From Clostridia bacterium (lineage in GTDB: Bacteria; Bacillota; Clostridia; Oscillospirales; CAG-272): a DNA stretch of 64,000 bases. The number at the start of each line of letters is the position of its first letter. Positions within the stretch are counted from its first letter, which is position 1. The stretch covers positions 68,224-132,223 of the forward strand of contig JAFUIQ010000011.1 of the NCBI GenBank assembly GCA_017468385.1. Direction: 5' to 3'. Shown piece after piece: positions 49,505-59,738 of this stretch. The notes beneath the pieces were generated by a model, which was given only the letters and a program-made list of their open reading frames with translations, was not told the DNA's origin and did no database searches. The position numbers and the translations under genes were made by a program.

Positions 49505-50938
49505 ATGAAAGCTGAGTGGAAGATCCGATCCTATACCTCTGAGGAGATCGCCGGAATCACGGGCGGTACGCTGTTTCGCGGAACCGGGGCGAGCGGAGTG
49601 TGTACCGGCATCTGCACCGACTCCCGGGAAGTGACGGAGGGGATGTTGTTCTGCGCCATCGTCGGCGAGCGTACGGATGGACATTTGTATATTGACACGG
49701 CCTGCCGGGCCGGTGCCGCCTGTATCCTGGCCCAGCAGAAACCTACGGATTGCCCGTGCGATGTGGTCATCGTGCCGGACACGGTCCGCGCCATCGGCGA
49801 GTTGGCGGGCCATTATCGGGATCAGTCCGCCGTGCGGGTAGTGGCCATTACGGGCAGCGTGGGCAAAACCACCACCAAGGAATTCATTGCCGCTGTAGCC
49901 TCTGCCGGATTCAAGACCCACAAAACCGAGGGCAACCACAACAACGATCTGGGTATGTCCATGACGCTGTTTACCCTGTCCCCGGAGGATCGGATATCCG
50001 TTCTGGAGATGGGCATGAGCAATGCCGGAGAAATCCGCCGCCTGTCGGAGTTGGCGAAGCCGGATATCGCCGTCATCACCAATATCGGCACCTCCCATAT
50101 GGAATCCCTTGGCTCCCGGGAGAATATCTGCCGCGCCAAGCTGGAGATCGTTTCCGGTATGCGGGAGGGAGGAATCCTTCTGTTCAACGGTGACGAGCCG
50201 CTCCTTCGGGAGGGCGCGCCCGCATCCTTCCATACCACGCGCACCTTCAGTGCGGACAGCCGTGAAGGGGATTACCGCGCGGTCAACGTCCGCCAGGCGG
50301 GCGAGGGCATGCTGTTTGATCTGATCTGCGGCGGAAAAGTGCTGACCAATGTGTCCATTCCCACCCTGGGACGGCACAATGTATACAACGCGCTGGCGGC
50401 GTACGCCGTCGGCAATCTCCTGGGTCTGGAGGAGGATACGATCCGTGAGGGACTTTTGCAGTTCTGCGGTGCGGATCGCCGCCAGAAGATCTACGAGATC
50501 GGCGAGGTCACGGTCATCGACGATTGCTACAACGCCAGCCCCGAATCCATGCGGGCGGCGCTGGATGTGCTGGCTTCCGTAGCCGCCTCCAAAGGAAAGC
50601 GCGCGGCCGCGCTGTTGGGCGATATGCTGGAATTGGGTGAGTATTCCCGCCTGATGCATGATCAGGTGGGGCAGTACGCCGCCCAGATGAAGGTAAACCA
50701 GTTGTTCTGCTACGGCATGATGGCGGATGTGGTGGCCGAAGCGGCCATCAAGCACGGCATCCGGGCGGAGAACGTGTTTGTCTGCCTGGATACCAAAAAT
50801 CCGGCGGCCATGGCGGAGATGATCTTCTCTGCTCTGCAGCCGGGGGATGTGCTTCTGGTGAAGGCCAGCCGCGGCGTGGCGGCAGAAAATGTAATCGAAT
50901 GTCTGCGGGAAAACTACAGCCGCAAACAGAAAAAGTAA
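49505..50938 (+). CDS. murF: UDP-MurNAc-tripeptide:D-Ala-D-Ala ligase
   Basis: TGSVGKTTTK, EMGM, DCYNASPES, GDMLELG, KASR. Confidence 0.96.
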   Translation: MKAEWKIRSYTSEEIAGITGGTLFRGTGASGVCTGICTDSREVTEGMLFCAIVGERTDGHLYIDTACRAGAACILAQQKPTDCPCDVVIVPDTVRAIGELAGHYRDQSAVRVVAITGSVGKTTTKEFIAAVASAGFKTHKTEGNHNNDLGMSMTLFTLSPEDRISVLEMGMSNAGEIRRLSELAKPDIAVITNIGTSHMESLGSRENICRAKLEIVSGMREGGILLFNGDEPLLREGAPASFHTTRTFSADSREGDYRAVNVRQAGEGMLFDLICGGKVLTNVSIPTLGRHNVYNALAAYAVGNLLGLEEDTIREGLLQFCGADRRQKIYEIGEVTVIDDCYNASPESMRAALDVLASVAASKGKRAAALLGDMLELGEYSRLMHDQVGQYAAQMKVNQLFCYGMMADVVAEAAIKHGIRAENVFVCLDTKNPAAMAEMIFSALQPGDVLLVKASRGVAAENVIECLRENYSRKQKK

Positions 50939-50953
50939 AGGAAGCGTTTTTGT

Positions 50954-51958
50954 ATGTTTGACGTAATCTTGTATATTTCCGCGCTGATTCTGACCTTCGT
51001 GATCACGGTGGTGATCTCCCATAAGCTGATTCCCGTGCTGAAAAGCAAAAAAATGGGCCAGAAGATTCTGGAGATCGGCCCCCGCTGGCACAAGAGCAAA
51101 GAGGGTACTCCCACCATGGGTGGTATTGCCTTCATTTGCGCGACGGTGATCGTGTGCATCCTTGCCTGCATTGCTGCTGCTGTGTGGGGAAATGGCAAAG
51201 AGGTGCTTCCTTTTGTGTATGTGCTTCTGTACGGCGTGCTCAACGGCCTTATCGGCGTGGTGGATGACAGTGCCAAACTGCGCAAAAAGCAGAACGAGGG
51301 ACTGACCGCCCGGCAGAAATATCTTCTGCAGTTGGTGGCGGCGGCCTTGTTCCTGATTCTGATCGCCGCAACGGATATCGTGAACACGACCCTGTATATC
51401 CCGTTCATCGGCTATACGCTGGAATTGGGCATCTTCTATTATATCATTGCCCTTCTGCTGCTGACCGGCATGGTCAACAGCGTCAACCTGACCGACGGAA
51501 TCGACGGACTGGCGTCTTCGGTGACGCTGGTGGTGGGCATTTTCTTCTCCGCGGCCGCGTTTTTCGCCATCCAGGCGGCACCGTTTTCCACCGCGCTGGC
51601 GCTTCTTGGCGCTACGCTGATCGGCGGAACGCTGGGATTCCTGGTGTACAATTTCTATCCGGCCCGGGTGTTCATGGGCGACACGGGATCCCTGTTCCTC
51701 GGCGGTATGGTGGTCGCCGGTGCGTTCCTTTTGGGAAATCCCCTGATCGTTGTGGTGTGCGGCATCGTGTACATCTGCGAGACCGCCTCCGTAATGCTGC
51801 AGGTAACCTATTTCAAATTGACTCACGGAAAAAGACTGTTCCGTATGGCGCCCATCCATCATCATTTTGAGCAGTGCGGATGGAGCGAAGTAAAGATTGT
51901 GACGGTATTTACGGTGGTGAGTGCACTCTTTTGCGTGCTGGCCTGGTTCGGGCTGTAA
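50954..51958 (+). CDS. mraY: Phospho-MurNAc-pentapeptide translocase
   Basis: GTPTMGG, NSVNLTDGIDGL, FMGDTGS, APIHHHFE. Confidence 0.97.
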   Translation: MFDVILYISALILTFVITVVISHKLIPVLKSKKMGQKILEIGPRWHKSKEGTPTMGGIAFICATVIVCILACIAAAVWGNGKEVLPFVYVLLYGVLNGLIGVVDDSAKLRKKQNEGLTARQKYLLQLVAAALFLILIAATDIVNTTLYIPFIGYTLELGIFYYIIALLLLTGMVNSVNLTDGIDGLASSVTLVVGIFFSAAAFFAIQAAPFSTALALLGATLIGGTLGFLVYNFYPARVFMGDTGSLFLGGMVVAGAFLLGNPLIVVVCGIVYICETASVMLQVTYFKLTHGKRLFRMAPIHHHFEQCGWSEVKIVTVFTVVSALFCVLAWFGL

Positions 51959-51996
51959 ACCGATCGTACCGATGAAACCAAGAGAGGAGACGGCGT

Positions 51997-53340
51997 ATGC
52001 CAACCCCCAGCGGAAATCGCCCGACGGGCGCATCCAAAGCCAATACCAACGCACCGCGCAAGCGCGTCGCTGTTTCCCAGGAACCCCGGCAGGCATCGGA
52101 TGATGCACCCGTGCGCCGCGGCCGTGCCGTGCGCCGTGTCAGCGATCTGACGGTGCAGCGGGAGAAGCTACACCCTGCCAAAGCGAAGAGTGGGGATGAG
52201 GAGATCATCCGTGTAAAAACAGGCGTGGACCGCACCATGCTGGTCCTGATCCTGATCCTTCTGTCCCTTGGTTCCATTATGGTGTTCAGCGCCAGCTATC
52301 CGTCGGCTCTGGCCGAGCGGGGGGATAGCCTGTTCTATATCAAAAAGCAGCTTTTGTTCATCGCGGTGGGCCTCGGCGCCATGGCTCTTGCCAGTATTGT
52401 GCCCCCGTCTCTTTATAAAAAAGTATCGATTATTGCGTTCGCCGTAGCCTTGTTCCTGTTGGTGATCGTGCTGATCCCCGGAATCGGTATCAGCAACGGC
52501 GAGGCCCGCCGGTGGCTGGGCCTGAAAGGCACGCCCTTCACGTTCCAACCGTCGGAATTGATGAAGGTGGCGCTGGTCATGGTGCTTGCCTGGTATCTGG
52601 ACAGATTCCGTGATGCGGTACTGGATCGCCTCGACAAGAAAAAATACATCCTGTACGGCACGCTGTTCCCCTGTGCCCTGGTGGGCCTGGCCTGCATTCT
52701 CGTGATGCTGGAAAAGCATCTGTCGGGGACCATCATCGTGGGCATGATCGGCGTGTGCATGATGTTCATCGGCGGTGTCCATCCCGGATGGATGTCGGCT
52801 GTGGTGGGCGTGGGCGGCCTCGGTGCCATCGCCGCGTTTCTGGCGGCCAATCCCTACGCTTGGAAGCGAATCACCAGCTTCACGGACGAGAATGCCGACA
52901 AACTGGATGAGGCGTGGCAGACCACCCAGGGGCTGTATGCCATCGGCTCCGGCGGCGCACTGGGCGTGGGCCTCGGTGCCAGCCGTCAGAAATACAGTTA
53001 CGTATCCGAGGCGCAGAACGACTTTATCTTCACCATCTGGTGTGAGGAGATGGGATTCGTCGGCGCGGTGGTGCTGATCGTGTTGTTCCTTCTGTTCATC
53101 TGGCGAGGGTATGTGATCGCCATGCGGGCACCGGATACCTTCTCCGCGCTGCTGGTTTTCGGCATCATCAGCCAGGTGGGCATCCAGGCATTCCTCAATA
53201 TCGGTGTGGTCACCGATGTACTGCCCAATACGGGCATCGCGCTTCCGTTTTTCTCCTATGGGGGCACGTCCCTCATTATCCTTTTGGCGGAAATGGGCAT
53301 CGTTTTGTCCGTTTCCAAACATTCCTATCAGAAAAAATAA
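51997..53340 (+). CDS. ftsW: SEDS glycosyltransferase FtsW/SpoVE
   Basis: MVFSAS, FQPSE, EAQNDFIF, LPNTGIALPFFSYGGTS. Confidence 0.9.
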   Translation: MPTPSGNRPTGASKANTNAPRKRVAVSQEPRQASDDAPVRRGRAVRRVSDLTVQREKLHPAKAKSGDEEIIRVKTGVDRTMLVLILILLSLGSIMVFSASYPSALAERGDSLFYIKKQLLFIAVGLGAMALASIVPPSLYKKVSIIAFAVALFLLVIVLIPGIGISNGEARRWLGLKGTPFTFQPSELMKVALVMVLAWYLDRFRDAVLDRLDKKKYILYGTLFPCALVGLACILVMLEKHLSGTIIVGMIGVCMMFIGGVHPGWMSAVVGVGGLGAIAAFLAANPYAWKRITSFTDENADKLDEAWQTTQGLYAIGSGGALGVGLGASRQKYSYVSEAQNDFIFTIWCEEMGFVGAVVLIVLFLLFIWRGYVIAMRAPDTFSALLVFGIISQVGIQAFLNIGVVTDVLPNTGIALPFFSYGGTSLIILLAEMGIVLSVSKHSYQKK

Positions 53341-53352
53341 TCCGGAGGACTT

Positions 53353-54483
53353 ATGCGTGTTCTAATGACCGGCGGCGGTACGGGAGGCCATGTGAATCCC
53401 GCCCTCGCCATTGCCAATACCATCAAACAGAATGACTCCACGGCTGAGATCGCGTATGTGGGAACACAGCACGGCATTGAATCCAAACTGGTGCCCGCCG
53501 CCGGATATCCGTTGTATTTTGTGGAGATCCGCGGCATCCGCCGATCTCTGTCCTTATCCAATCTGAAAACCGCCTACCTGACGCTGGTTTCTCCCATTAA
53601 GGCAAAGAAGATCCTGCGGGAGTTCAAGCCCGACTTGGTGGTGGGTACGGGCGGCTATGTGAGCTGGCCCGTGGTGAAGGCCGCATCCCGGATGGGAATC
53701 CCCTGTGCCTTGCACGAGTCCAACGCCATCCCCGGCGTGGCAGTCCGTATGCTGGCGCCTTGCGTGGACCGTGTGTATTTGAATTTTGAGGAAACCGGGA
53801 AGAATTTGAAATGTCCCGAGAAACTGCTTCGCGTGGGCAATCCCACCCTGCATCCCGCCGTGGCACCCAGCCGCGAGGAAGCGCGGAGGATTCTTGGCAT
53901 TCCCGATAAATATAAGTATTTCATTCTTTCCTACGGCGGAAGCATGGGCGCGGAGCGCCTGAACGCGGCCGTTCTGAAACTGATGCGGGATTTCACCGCC
54001 AAGCATCCTGAGGTCTATCATCTCCATGCCACCGGCGCCATTGAAAAAGAACTGTGCGGCGGCTGGTTCAAGGAAATGGGACTGGATCAGTATGAAAACA
54101 TCAAGCTGGTGGAATATATCTACGATATGCCGTACCAGATGGCGGCGGCAGATGTGACCATCTGCCGTGCCGGTGCCATGACCATATCGGAATTGGCCAT
54201 TGGCGGCAAGTGCGCCGTGTTCATCCCGTCCCCCAACGTGACGGATAATCATCAGTACAAAAATGCCAAGGTGCTGGTGGATGCGGGCGCGGCATCGCTG
54301 TTTGAGGAAAAGGATCTGGAAACCACGGAGGCAGCCCCTCTGACACAGAAGGTGGCTTATCTGCTCTCCGACGCCGGTGCGGCGGAGCGGCATGAAATGG
54401 AGGAAAAGATTCGTCCCTTCGCTGTCCCCGATGCGAATAAGAAAATTTACCTGGATCTTCTGGATCTGGTGAAAAAGAAGTAA
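53353..54483 (+). CDS. murG: Lipid II GlcNAc transferase
   Basis: GGGTGGHVNP, GGYVS, HESN, GGSMGA, RAGA, HQYKNA. Confidence 0.97.
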   Translation: MRVLMTGGGTGGHVNPALAIANTIKQNDSTAEIAYVGTQHGIESKLVPAAGYPLYFVEIRGIRRSLSLSNLKTAYLTLVSPIKAKKILREFKPDLVVGTGGYVSWPVVKAASRMGIPCALHESNAIPGVAVRMLAPCVDRVYLNFEETGKNLKCPEKLLRVGNPTLHPAVAPSREEARRILGIPDKYKYFILSYGGSMGAERLNAAVLKLMRDFTAKHPEVYHLHATGAIEKELCGGWFKEMGLDQYENIKLVEYIYDMPYQMAAADVTICRAGAMTISELAIGGKCAVFIPSPNVTDNHQYKNAKVLVDAGAASLFEEKDLETTEAAPLTQKVAYLLSDAGAAERHEMEEKIRPFAVPDANKKIYLDLLDLVKKK

Positions 54484-54516
54484 ATACGCACATCCCATAA
54501 GAGAGGAGGAGATGCG

Positions 54517-55812
54517 GTGAACAAAACGGAATACTTCACTGCCTACGGCGTAAGGGAACGGGCAGGGCACTATACCAAAACCCGTCGCCCGGTGCATGAG
54601 ATCCGGGGCGAGGACGCGGTGCCTCTGCGGCGATCCCGGGTGCAGCCAACCATTCCCGATGCCGGATTGGCGCAGAAAATCCGTGAGGCGGAGATTTTGT
54701 ACGGCATGCATCCCAAAGACGAGCCGCGGGCGCGGAATCCGTACAAAGTGCGGGATGCCATGGCGCGAACAGCCGCCGCGGCATCACCCGGACGTGCCCG
54801 GCCTGCCCATGCGCAAGCCGCGTCCCATGGACCGGCCACCGGCGCCAAACGCGTCAGCCGGATGGGAACAGAGGGCATCCGCCACGGGCCTCATACAGGC
54901 CGGGCGGCGCCGAAAGCTCCCCCCCGGGCCGCACCGCGGCAGGGACGCCGCAGTGATCCCGATCCGGCGATGAATACGGACGAAATTTTCATCAGCCAGA
55001 AGGAGCGGGATGCCCGCAAGCTGGAAGCCTACCGGCTGGCCCGCAAGCGGAAGATCCACTACCAGATGAACCGGGCGCTGTCCGCGCTTCTCATGATGAC
55101 CTTATTCGTGGGCTGTGCGCTGGCGTTGGTGTACAAGCTGGTGTATGTGATCCGGGATGTGGATGTGACGGGATCCCAGCGGTATACCTCCGAGGAGATT
55201 CTGCTGGCATCCGGCGTGGAGGCGGGAGACAATCTGTACTCCTTCAGCTCGCGGATTGCGGAAAACGCGGTGACACTGCAATATCCCTACGTCCGTGAAT
55301 TGGATGTGTCCCGTAAGGCGCCCTCCACGGTGCATTTCACCGTCACGGAGGACACGGCAGTCTTCTATGCGGAGATCTACGGGGAAATGCGAGCGCTGTC
55401 GCCGTCCCTTCGCGTACTGGATCGGGTCAGCCAAAGCGATATTGATGCTTTGGGATTGATCCGACTGCGCATGCCTGAGATCGAGAGTGCCATGGCGGGC
55501 CGCGTCGTCCAGTTCCGGGAGGAAAAACTCGCCCGGCAGATCCGGGAGACTACGGCGGAGATTTTGTCCTCCGTACTGTCGGAGCGGATCACGTCGGTGG
55601 ATCTGCGCAACCCCTATCAGGTACGCATGGTGGCGGACAAGCGGTTCCTTTTGGAGTTCGGCAGCAACGCAGATCTGGGCATCAAGATGAAAGTGGCTTC
55701 TGCTGTACTGGCGGACGAGCTGTTTAAAACGGATATCAAGGCCCAGATTGACTTGAGCGTCAGCGATTCCACCAGCGTCATTCTGGACAATCAGCTGAAT
55801 CTGGACGCATAA
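54517..55812 (+). CDS. FtsQ/DivIB-like protein with long basic N-terminal extension
   Basis: TM + POTRA (VTGSQRYTSEEIL..PYV..PSTV); dcw position. Confidence 0.8.
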   Translation: MNKTEYFTAYGVRERAGHYTKTRRPVHEIRGEDAVPLRRSRVQPTIPDAGLAQKIREAEILYGMHPKDEPRARNPYKVRDAMARTAAAASPGRARPAHAQAASHGPATGAKRVSRMGTEGIRHGPHTGRAAPKAPPRAAPRQGRRSDPDPAMNTDEIFISQKERDARKLEAYRLARKRKIHYQMNRALSALLMMTLFVGCALALVYKLVYVIRDVDVTGSQRYTSEEILLASGVEAGDNLYSFSSRIAENAVTLQYPYVRELDVSRKAPSTVHFTVTEDTAVFYAEIYGEMRALSPSLRVLDRVSQSDIDALGLIRLRMPEIESAMAGRVVQFREEKLARQIRETTAEILSSVLSERITSVDLRNPYQVRMVADKRFLLEFGSNADLGIKMKVASAVLADELFKTDIKAQIDLSVSDSTSVILDNQLNLDA

Positions 55813-55937
55813 TCTGTTCCGCAATTGCATAAAACCAGAAACTGACATTTTACAGATGCAGAAAAAAGGTTTGAGCCGCTTTTTGATAAAAAAAAGGCAA
55901 AAAATCAAAAAAATCTTGAAAAAATCTGCGAAATGTA

Positions 55938-55966
55938 TTGCAAAAATCAAAAATAAAGTATATTAT
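55938..55966 (+). promoter_or_regulatory. ftsZ promoter
   Basis: TTGCAA-17-TATTAT with AT-rich upstream tract. Confidence 0.6.
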
Positions 55967-56042
55967 ATTGTATAAGACAATTGCCGCACTATGCCTGTGC
56001 GGCGGCACGCTTCCATAAATAATGTTAACGGAGGACATAATA

Positions 56043-57179
56043 ATGCCATTCGAATTTGATGATAACTTTGAAACCGGTGTAAATATTAAAGTAATTGGTG
56101 TCGGCGGCGGCGGAAACAACGCTGTCAACCGCATGATTTCGTCCAATGTCCGCGGCGTGGATTTCATCGCCATCAACACGGACAAGCAGGCCCTGGCCCG
56201 CTCCAGCGCACAGCACAAGATTCCGATCGGTGAGAAGATCACCAAGGGGCACGGTGCCGGCGCGAATCCCGAGATCGGCGCACGCGCCGCTGAGGAGAGC
56301 CTGGAGGAGATCCGCAACTCCATTTCCGGTGCGGATATGGTGTTCATCACCGCCGGCATGGGCGGCGGTACCGGTACCGGTGCGGCTCCCATCGTAGCCA
56401 AGATCGCCCAGGAAATGGGCATCCTCACCATCGGTGTGGTAACCAAGCCCTTCGCTTTCGAGGGTGAGAAGAGAATGACCCAGGCTGAGGCCGGTATCCA
56501 GGAGTTCGGCCAGTTCGTGGATTCTCTGGTTATCATCCCCAACGAGAGACTGAAGCAGGTTTCCGAAACCCGCATCACCCTGTTCAATGCATTCGCTATC
56601 GCGGACGATGTTCTCAGCCACGGCGTACAGAGCATCTGCGAGATGATCAATGTTCCCGGTTACATCAATCTGGACTTCGCCGACGTAACTGCCGTTATGA
56701 AGGAAGCCGGCTACGCACACATGGGCGTAGGCGAGGCTACCGGCAAGGAAAAGGCAGAGCTGGCAGCCAAGGCCGCTATCTCCAGCCCGCTGCTTGAGAC
56801 CTCTATCTCCGGCGCACGCGGTATCATCATCAGCATCACTGCTTCTCCCGACATCGGTCTGGAGGATATCGATATTGCTTCCACTATGATCAAGTCCGAG
56901 ACTGCACCCGACGCCAACGTAATCTTCGGTGTGGCCTTCGATCCTGAGTTGGAAGATAAGATGAAGATCACCATCATCGCTACTGGTTTTGCCAACAAGG
57001 CAGAAGAGGCTGCGCAGAACGGCGCTGCATCGGCGGAAGACGAAAAAAAAAATAATGATGTGAACGACGAGGAGAATGCTTCCTCTATCTCTGACGACGA
57101 GTTCAACGAGATCATTGATATGCTGAAGAACCGCCGCAAGGCAGAGCCTGCCAAGAACAACGGAACCCAGTTGTTCTGA
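56043..57179 (+). CDS. ftsZ: Cell division protein FtsZ
   Basis: [25 protein letters not shown]. Confidence 0.98.
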   Translation: MPFEFDDNFETGVNIKVIGVGGGGNNAVNRMISSNVRGVDFIAINTDKQALARSSAQHKIPIGEKITKGHGAGANPEIGARAAEESLEEIRNSISGADMVFITAGMGGGTGTGAAPIVAKIAQEMGILTIGVVTKPFAFEGEKRMTQAEAGIQEFGQFVDSLVIIPNERLKQVSETRITLFNAFAIADDVLSHGVQSICEMINVPGYINLDFADVTAVMKEAGYAHMGVGEATGKEKAELAAKAAISSPLLETSISGARGIIISITASPDIGLEDIDIASTMIKSETAPDANVIFGVAFDPELEDKMKITIIATGFANKAEEAAQNGAASAEDEKKNNDVNDEENASSISDDEFNEIIDMLKNRRKAEPAKNNGTQLF

Positions 57180-57196
57180 TTCCATCAACGAAATAC

Positions 57197-57228
57197 GAAA
57201 GGGATGCCGTTTTTGCGGCATCCCTTTC
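57197..57228 (+). terminator. Hairpin/terminator after ftsZ
   Basis: GAAAGGGATGCCG/CGGCATCCCTTTC 13-bp stem. Confidence 0.7.
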
Positions 57229-57280
57229 CATTGGCAGACCGGCTCTGCGGTCTGCGAATTATCACAATCGAGGTTGTTGT

Positions 57281-58990
57281 ATGCTTCAACGATTTATCCG
57301 GTATTATAAACCCCATATGCGGCTGTTTATGGCCGATCTGGCCTGCGCACTTCTGTTGTCCTTCTGCGATCTGGTGTACCCCATGATCACCCGGGAGATG
57401 ATCAATGAGCACATCCCCAATCGGATGCTGGATTTGCTGCTCATCTGCGCCGCTGTCCTTCTCGGTATTTATATTCTGAAAATGTGCCTGAATTACTTCA
57501 TCCAGTACTACGGCCATCTGGTGGGCGTGCGGATGCAGGCGGATATGCGCCGGGATGTGTTTGACCATCTGCAGAAACTGCCTTTTTCCTATTTCGACAA
57601 TCATAAAACGGGTACCATCATGTCCCGCATCACCAGCGACCTGATGGATATTACAGAACTGGCCCACCACGGGCCGGAGGATCTGTTTATCTCCCTCATT
57701 ATGCTGATCGGTTCCTTTATTCTGATGTGTGACATCTACGTGCCCTTGGCACTGATCGTGGTGGCAATGGTGCCGTTTATGGTATTCTTTGCCGCTAAAA
57801 AACGGCGTAAAATGAGCGATGCCTTTGCGGCCACCCGCGTGGAGATGGGCGAAATCAATGCCAATCTGGAAAACAGCATTTCCGGTATCCGGGTGTCCAA
57901 GGCGTACACCAACCGGGCGTACGAGAACAACAATTTTGCCGCAGGCAATAACCGATTCGTCCACGCCCGCACCGGGGCGTACAAGGTCATGGCGGAGTTT
58001 TCCGCCGGCACGACCATGATCGGGGATCTGCTGAATGTGGTTTTGTATCTGTCCGGCGGCCTTTTTGTCTACTATGGAAAAATCAATGTAGGTGACTTTG
58101 CCGCGTTCCTTCTCTACATCAGCGTGTTCATGAATCCCATCCGCCGGCTGATCGGCTTTGTGGAACAGTTCCAGAACGGTATGACGGGCTTCAAGCGGTT
58201 CGTGGAGATCATGGAAGCCCGGCCCGAGCAGGATGCTCCCGACGCGGTGGATGTGGGAACTCTGCGGGGCGAGATCGCCTTCAACGATGTGACCTTCTCC
58301 TACGACGACGGCAAGACAGTGCTGGATGGCCTGTCCTTCACCCTGGAGGCAGGCAAAACGCTGGCGCTGGTTGGCCCCTCCGGCGGCGGTAAAACCACCA
58401 TCTGCCATCTGATCCCCCGCTTCTACGAGGTGGATGGCGGATCCATCTCCATCGATGGGATGGATGTCCGGGCGATGAGCCGTTTGTCCCTGCGGCATAA
58501 CATCGGTATCGTGGCCCAGGATGTGTTCATGTTTAACGCGTCCATTTACGATAATATTGCCTACGGATGCCCCGACGCTACCCGCGAGGCGGTGGAAGAG
58601 GCGGCACGGCGTGCCAATATCCACGACTATATTTTGACCATGCCCGAGGGATATCAGACCGTGGTGGGCGAGCGGGGCATGAAGCTGTCCGGCGGCCAGA
58701 AGCAGAGATTGGCCATCGCCCGTATCTTTTTGAAGAATCCGCCGATCCTGATTCTGGATGAGGCCACCTCCGCCCTCGATAACGTGACGGAGCAGATGAT
58801 CCAGCACAGCCTGGAGGAGCTCTGTAAGGGCAGAACCACCATCGTGGTGGCTCACCGATTGACTACGGTGCGGAACGCAGACGAGATCCTGGTGGTGACG
58901 GACAGCGGTATCGCGGAGCGGGGCAATCACGACAGCCTGCTTGCGCAAAATGGAATATACGCCGGCCTGTGGCGCGGCGTGGAAAAATAA
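57281..58990 (+). CDS. ABC exporter permease/ATPase (MsbA-like)
   Basis: ELAHHGPED, GPSGGGKTT, LSGGQKQR, LDEATS. Confidence 0.94.
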   Translation: MLQRFIRYYKPHMRLFMADLACALLLSFCDLVYPMITREMINEHIPNRMLDLLLICAAVLLGIYILKMCLNYFIQYYGHLVGVRMQADMRRDVFDHLQKLPFSYFDNHKTGTIMSRITSDLMDITELAHHGPEDLFISLIMLIGSFILMCDIYVPLALIVVAMVPFMVFFAAKKRRKMSDAFAATRVEMGEINANLENSISGIRVSKAYTNRAYENNNFAAGNNRFVHARTGAYKVMAEFSAGTTMIGDLLNVVLYLSGGLFVYYGKINVGDFAAFLLYISVFMNPIRRLIGFVEQFQNGMTGFKRFVEIMEARPEQDAPDAVDVGTLRGEIAFNDVTFSYDDGKTVLDGLSFTLEAGKTLALVGPSGGGKTTICHLIPRFYEVDGGSISIDGMDVRAMSRLSLRHNIGIVAQDVFMFNASIYDNIAYGCPDATREAVEEAARRANIHDYILTMPEGYQTVVGERGMKLSGGQKQRLAIARIFLKNPPILILDEATSALDNVTEQMIQHSLEELCKGRTTIVVAHRLTTVRNADEILVVTDSGIAERGNHDSLLAQNGIYAGLWRGVEK

Positions 58991-59030
58991 AAGGAGATGC
59001 CATAAGGGTTATACTCTAAAGGATAATAAA

Positions 59031-59060
59031 AAAGGAAGCACGAATTTTCATGCTTCCTTT
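59031..59060. terminator. Bidirectional terminator within cassette 2
   Basis: AAAGGAAGCA/TGCTTCCTTT. Confidence 0.7.
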
Positions 59061-59153
59061 AATTATATCTTATACCATAACAAGCAGGACATTTGGGCGC
59101 CCAAGTGTCACTCGTTAGGTGAACCTAAACCCCTTTGACTAACTCAAAAAAAC

Positions 59154-59738
59154 TTAATAAAACTTTGAAGTTGCAACCCATTTTATAAACTCCGCAAAAG
59201 TTCGTTTAGATGGAATAAAATCACGCAATTCATTATCCATCCAAATTTCACCAAAATGGTTTCCCGTGAGCACTAAACAATATTGATAAGTGCAACCCGC
59301 ATAACAGATTGAAATCACACCACTATAGTATGGCATACTATCTGTATCGAGAGAATCAACATAAGCAAAAGGACATTTATCAAAGTGCTTGCATTTAGAA
59401 CAAATTTCATCATCGTCAAGTTCGGGATTTATGCAATCCTTAAACCACTCTACAGGGTCTTGATTTTCGGTATGTAAAAAAGCTTTATCAAAGATAAAAG
59501 GTTGACTCAATAACTTGTTGTGATTATTAAGATTTGCACGTTTAATTCCGTTTACAATTCTTTCTTTACCATTAGGCATGGTAATACGAACGCCATTTCC
59601 AATATGCATCAAAAAATATTTATAATCTTCCGGTAAGGAAATGTTATTTGTTTTTTCAAATGTTTCGATTTCTGTTTGAGAAAGGTTGTCTTCGATTTTT
59701 TCGTATTTTATCTTTTTTAGAAAACTAAAAGTTTTCAT
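59154..59738 (-). CDS. SMI1/KNR4 (SUKH) family protein with Cys-rich insert
   Basis: EIETFEKTNNISLPEDYKYFL..GNG, GC...LVLTG..GEIW, TFAEFIKW; GGAGGTG RBS; TTGCTT-17-TACAAT promoter at 59764-59792. Confidence 0.85.
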   Translation of the reverse strand: MKTFSFLKKIKYEKIEDNLSQTEIETFEKTNNISLPEDYKYFLMHIGNGVRITMPNGKERIVNGIKRANLNNHNKLLSQPFIFDKAFLHTENQDPVEWFKDCINPELDDDEICSKCKHFDKCPFAYVDSLDTDSMPYYSGVISICYAGCTYQYCLVLTGNHFGEIWMDNELRDFIPSKRTFAEFIKWVATSKFY

